Below, piece by piece: positions 61,060 to 64,000 of a stretch of DNA of 64,000 nt. The position numbers and the translations under genes are program-made. The first letter of the stretch is position 1. Each line of letters starts with the position of its first letter. The stretch is from a virus. Taxonomy: Duplodnaviria; Heunggongvirae; Uroviricota; Caudoviricetes. The stretch spans positions 103,942-167,941 of the IMG/VR virus record IMGVR_UViG_3300021255_000114. One strand, given 5' to 3'. The notes under the pieces are model-generated. The model saw only the letters and a program-made list of their open reading frames with translations. It made no database searches and was not told the DNA's origin.

Positions 61060-61377
61060 CAAAAAAATCAACGAAAAAGTTGATAGAGTACTTTGACATA
61101 TTGGATTAAGGTAGATAAGACTTTAAACCACCATCAGTGGATGGTATGGAGAAGTCAAAAAGAAAATTGGCTATTGGTCTAACTTAATAAGACGTATCTT
61201 GATGAAGAACGAGCACACAACATCATTGTGCCACCTTGCACCAAGAAAATTTCCGAGAATGACGGAGATAGCCAACAAAACGGTAAACCGGTAAGTTCCA
61301 CCTGCCGATGCAGCAGAGCCATAAACCGTAAGGCTACTGCAACGCAAGGATAGATAGTTTAGAACCGGAGCCGTCAT

Positions 61378-61467
61378 GAGAGCCATACAGCAAACTTTAT
61401 TCAAAAACATTTTTTCATAATTGATAAAGTTTAGTGAAAAGTGGTGGAAACTATGCATAGGCTCTTG
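61378..61467 (+). ncRNA. ACAGCAA-motif RNA, copy 1
   Basis: GAGAGCC-ATACAGCAAA...GGCTCTT-G. Confidence 0.6.
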
Positions 61468-61547
61468 AAAGCACATTGGACCCAACGAAGGTGAGTAGCC
61501 TTGAGCGAAATTAAAACATCTGAGCCTTGCAGTCGGTTCCATTGTAT

Positions 61548-61639
61548 GGAAGGTTAAGCCTAATTGGTAAGGCAGTGGTCTTGAAAACCACTAGTAGGCG
61601 TGTTACAGCGCCGTATCGGTTCGAGTCCGATACCTTCCT
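61548..61639 (+). tRNA. tRNA-Ser(TGA)
   Basis: GGAAGGT/ACCTTCC acceptor, GTGGT-CTTGAAA-ACCAC, long variable arm. Confidence 0.92.
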
Positions 61640-61785
61640 CAAAAACGAGTTACAAGTTTTTCTTAAAAAAAAAACTACAGGCTTTATCAACACGAAATTC
61701 CCTGCCCGGCATGCTTCAGTCGACATTATATGCCAAGGGGCCGGCCTAAAAATAGGTTGATATCCAATTGGAAGTCTGTAGAACT

Positions 61786-61904
61786 ATACTTCGTCGGGGC
61801 ATCGACGAATTGGGAAGTGGCAGTAAGACCGGTGCAACCACGGTTGCAGGGCAGTCACGTTATACTCAAGAATCCCGCGTGTTTTAAGCGTGGGAGTATG
61901 TCAA
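61786..61904 (+). mobile_element. IS200/IS605-type right end / TnpB omega-RNA-like remnant, no transposase or tnpB
   Basis: CAAGAA-TCCCGCG-loop-CGTGGGA-GTATGTCAA terminal hairpin; upstream TTCGTCG/CGACGAA, GTAAGACC and TGCAACC/GGTTGCA. Confidence 0.6.
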
Positions 61905-61936
61905 GGCATACCCCGGTTCGAGTCCGGGACGGCACT
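61905..61936 (+). pseudogene. tRNA 3' half (T-arm + acceptor strand) with no clear 5' half
   Basis: CCCGG-TTCGAGT-CCGGG-ACGGCAC-T. Confidence 0.55.
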
Positions 61937-61940
61937 CTAT

Positions 61941-62030
61941 GGAAGGCGCACAGCAAAATATTTTTGGTTAATACAATTGAAATGGAATCAAGCGTTAGAT
62001 GGTTCGAACCCATCAAAGAAATGCCTTCTG
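61941..62030 (+). ncRNA. ACAGCAA-motif RNA, copy 2 (has T-arm and anticodon-like arm)
   Basis: GGAAGGCG-CACAGCAAAA...TTGA-AATGGAA-TCAA...GATGG-TTCGAAC-CCATC...TGCCTTCT-G. Confidence 0.65.
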
Positions 62031-62277
62031 AAAAATAGCGGCTTAGATGAGTTTCCCGCTTTATAAAAAGAACTCTTTTCGAAAAGAAAAATAAACAACT
62101 TCTCAAGTTAGGACCGGCTATAGCATACTCCATCGCGTAATAACGGTGGTTGCGTTGGAGGAAGGCCGGGGAATATGGATAAGGGGATTGGTCTCGCCAA
62201 AGTCCGGTGGAAATGGTACCGGGATTTCCCGAAACCTGTGACTACGGAAATCAGGTTGAAGTTGTTTTAACTATAAT

Positions 62278-62336
62278 GGAAGAGGTACAGCAAACAATTA
62301 AGCATCAATCTTTTAAATTGAAACCGCTCTCTTCTG
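62278..62336 (+). ncRNA. ACAGCAA-motif RNA, copy 3 (Lys-type anticodon stem-loop)
   Basis: GGAAGAGG-TACAGCAAA...TCAAT-CTTTTAA-ATTGA...TCTCTTCT-G. Confidence 0.65.
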
Positions 62337-62342
62337 AATTTT

Positions 62343-62483
62343 GCCACCATAGCACAGCTGGTAGTGCGGCTCACTTGTCTACAGGGTAAGGTCCTGCGAG
62401 AGCCTTTAAATCGAGGGTATTGTTTCAGTGATGAATATTTACCCACAATGAGCAGGTCGGCGGTTCGAACCCGTCTGGTGGCT
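62343..62483 (+). tRNA. tRNA-Thr(TGT) interrupted by a 68-nt insertion (62379-62446)
   Basis: GCCACCA/TGGTGGC acceptor; GCTCA-CTTGT[insert]AA-TGAGC; AGGTC; GGCGG-TTCGAAC-CCGTC. Confidence 0.88.
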
Positions 62484-62626
62484 CTGATTTCCATAACCGT
62501 CTTTTGCTGTTTCGGCAATTAGCATAGTAGACATGGATTCCATATCGAGTACGGAAGAGATATGGACGTTAGCCAACAACGTATCCGCTTGCCGCCGGTC
62601 GAGGATGGTTGGTTACCGGCAAATTT

Positions 62627-62697
62627 GCGAGTATCGTTCAATGGTAGGATGAGGCCCCTCCAAGGCTTAGATGTGAGTTCGATTCTCATTACTCGCT
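62627..62697 (+). tRNA. tRNA-Gly(TCC)
   Basis: GCGAGTA/TACTCGC acceptor, AGGCC-CCTCCAA-GGCTT (C33 in place of U33). Confidence 0.88.
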
Positions 62698-62835
62698 CAG
62701 ATGAAACAACACCGTCTGCAATGTATAGGATCCACGCATTGCGGAAGAAATTACCGAATAAGCGGAGAGTCAATAATAGAATAGGCCGGGTCGGTATTCA
62801 AGGTCTGATCAACTGTTGGAATGTTGGAGTAGTTT

Positions 62836-62903
62836 AGTTATGTGGTGTAATAGGTTAGCACGCTGCCGCAAGCGGAGGTCAGGTTCGAGTCCTTGCGTAA
62901 CAA
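62836..62903 (+). pseudogene. tRNA-like element with shortened anticodon arm
   Basis: GTGT-AATAGGTTA-GCAC D-arm, CTGC-CGCAA-GCGG 5-nt loop, TTCGAGT T-loop, GTTATG/CGTAAC. Confidence 0.5.
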
Positions 62904-62912
62904 CTAAGATAC

Positions 62913-62972
62913 GGAACCCGTACAGCAAAACAATTTTAAGAACTTTTTGAAATCATTCTCAAAATGGGTTCT
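62913..62972 (+). ncRNA. ACAGCAA-motif RNA, copy 4
   Basis: GGAACCCG-TACAGCAAAA...TGGGTTCT. Confidence 0.6.
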
Positions 62973-63447
62973 AACTAATATACTGTGTGGAAGTGGCAAT
63001 TTGCCCGCCTAAGGGAGGAACCGGTCCGCTATATGGATTAAGCCCTCAAACACATAGTCAACTAATGTGGAGTTATCTAATTCCTTCTCAACTCCGAGAG
63101 TTGGAATAAAACGAGAAGGGAATTGATTATAATTTCATTATTGGAGGGTCGCTCCCTCCCCGAGACTCATTTTCGGAACAGTTTGGTGAGAATCGGTCTG
63201 TAGGTTACAAACTCCCCTGTATGCAGTCCTAATAACGCGGTGCTGTAATAAGGTGAAACGTAATACGAAGGTATAGCCTTACCGAACGTGCTCGACGGAA
63301 CGTTGTGGTTTTGACTCTGTAGGTATTTGGCCGTCTTGTAAATATAACAAACCTAATCAGATAGGACATGCACCGGAAGATACGGATGAAGGAGACTCCG
63401 AAACATTTATAGAGTGTGCGGTAAGCCGTAGTAAGACGCACAAATTT

Positions 63448-63519
63448 GGGAACATAGCTCAATGGTAGAGCAATTGGCTGTTAACCAATAGGTTATAGGT
63501 TCGAGTCCTATTGTTCCCG
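63448..63519 (+). tRNA. tRNA-Asn(GTT)
   Basis: GGGAACA/TGTTCCC acceptor, ATTGG-CTGTTAA-CCAAT. Confidence 0.94.
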
Positions 63520-63526
63520 CAAAATA

Positions 63527-63750
63527 AAATCTTGGGAGGTAGGCTTGAGAGTAGCCATCCTTTAAAGAGTGACAGACTGTAACGGAGGGTCAAAATCCTG
63601 TCATAATATAGGTCTTAAAAGACAGGATTCCTTATCGGCAGCAAGTAAACGTGAAACGTGACGTGAAGTCTATGGTAACTACATTATCGTTTTGAAAATG
63701 CTTATCCATAGTTAGTAGGCGGTCTTTGGTGTAATAGCACACCAAGATTT
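63527..63750 (+). ncRNA. ncRNA mimicking the 23S rRNA L11-binding domain (H42-H44) with a ~158-nt insertion
   Basis: GGAGGTAGGCTTGAGAGTAGCCATCCTTTAAAGA ... GGTGTAATAGCACAC closed by AAATCTTGG/CCAAGATTT. Confidence 0.75.
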
Positions 63751-63756
63751 TAATAT

Positions 63757-63827
63757 GGCCCTTTAGTTTAGCGGTAGAACGAATGGTTTTCAGCCATTAG
63801 AGGGGGTTTCGACTACCCCATGGGCTA
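63757..63827 (+). tRNA. tRNA-Glu(TTC)
   Basis: GGCCCTT/ATGGGCT acceptor, AATGG-TTTTCAG-CCATT, GGGGT-TTCGACT-ACCCC. Confidence 0.85.
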
Positions 63828-63901
63828 CTTAGGATATTACTCTTTAACTTGTTTTTTAAGTTCGAATATCGTTATATTTATAATATATAAACGTTATAAA
63901 T

Positions 63902-64000
63902 ATGTCCGGTATTAAGAAAGTAATAGACTATAATTTGATTCTATCAGACGAAACAAAACAAGCAATGATACATGATTATGTTGAGAATTTTTTAACAATT
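63902..64000 (+). CDS. 5' end of a gene running off the window
   Basis: MSGIKKVIDYNLILSDETKQAMIHDYVENFLTI...; upstream GTTATATTTAT matches the motif before the LAGLIDADG gene. Confidence 0.5.
   Translation, partial: MSGIKKVIDYNLILSDETKQAMIHDYVENFLTI

Noticed and set aside
61100-62270. tmRNA or RNase P RNA
   Set aside because: No GGGG...CCA tRNA-like ends or tag ORF; the AAAGTCCGG near 62200 lacks the rest of the RNase P consensus
60943-62446. tRNA inserts as group I, group II or BHB introns
   Set aside because: 68-80 nt, ending in C rather than G, no P7 or GUGYG motifs, position 36/37, and no bulge-helix-bulge visible
63314-63415. Hammerhead ribozyme (CGGATGA-stem-GAAAC)
   Set aside because: Core reads CGGAUGA rather than CUGAUGA, stem III has a mismatch beside the cleavage triplet, and stem I would consume core bases
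60146-63462. ORFs called inside the RNA operon (e.g. 60146-60637, 61171-61542, 61730-62038)
   Set aside because: They overlap tRNAs or structured RNAs and translate to typical tRNA-antisense peptides
60276-63840. Theta (HDV-like) ribozymes at tRNA 3' ends
   Set aside because: Sequences right after the discriminator bases are A-rich or simple hairpins; no nested double pseudoknot seen by eye

Overview
Gene-dense, AT-rich segment of a jumbo bacteriophage, read in the standard genetic code. The host is probably in Bacteroidota, based on repeated TAnnTTTG -7 promoter motifs and Bacteroidota-like DnaK, IF3 and BACON/Listeria-Bacteroides repeat proteins. Left to right: virion/tail-type repeat proteins; an SbcD, RuvC, primase, SbcC block; a sigma70; a likely late/virion-internal protein and lysis block; then a long accessory region (AAA+/M41 protease, DnaK/DnaJ, IF3, a second sigma70, Pth2-like hydrolase, a methylase-endonuclease-methylase set, CCA-adding enzyme, MetK, RNA healing and sealing enzymes, a LAGLIDADG endonuclease, a radical SAM enzyme). 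The last ~4 kb (59.8-63.85 kb) is an RNA operon and the most interesting part. It has a leader-peptide attenuator, tandem promoters with boxA-like motifs, and 8 tRNAs, none encoding CCA. Two of these tRNAs (fMet, Thr) carry short structured insertions at position 36/37 with a shared consensus that fits no intron class I know. The operon also holds four ACAGCAA-motif RNAs carrying anticodon-like loops, an orphan TnpB omega-RNA-like element, and a mimic of the 23S rRNA L11-binding domain. Together these suggest a translation-stress-responsive system for tRNA protection and splicing. All protein calls come from motif recognition and all RNA pairings were checked by eye; no searches or folding programs were run.
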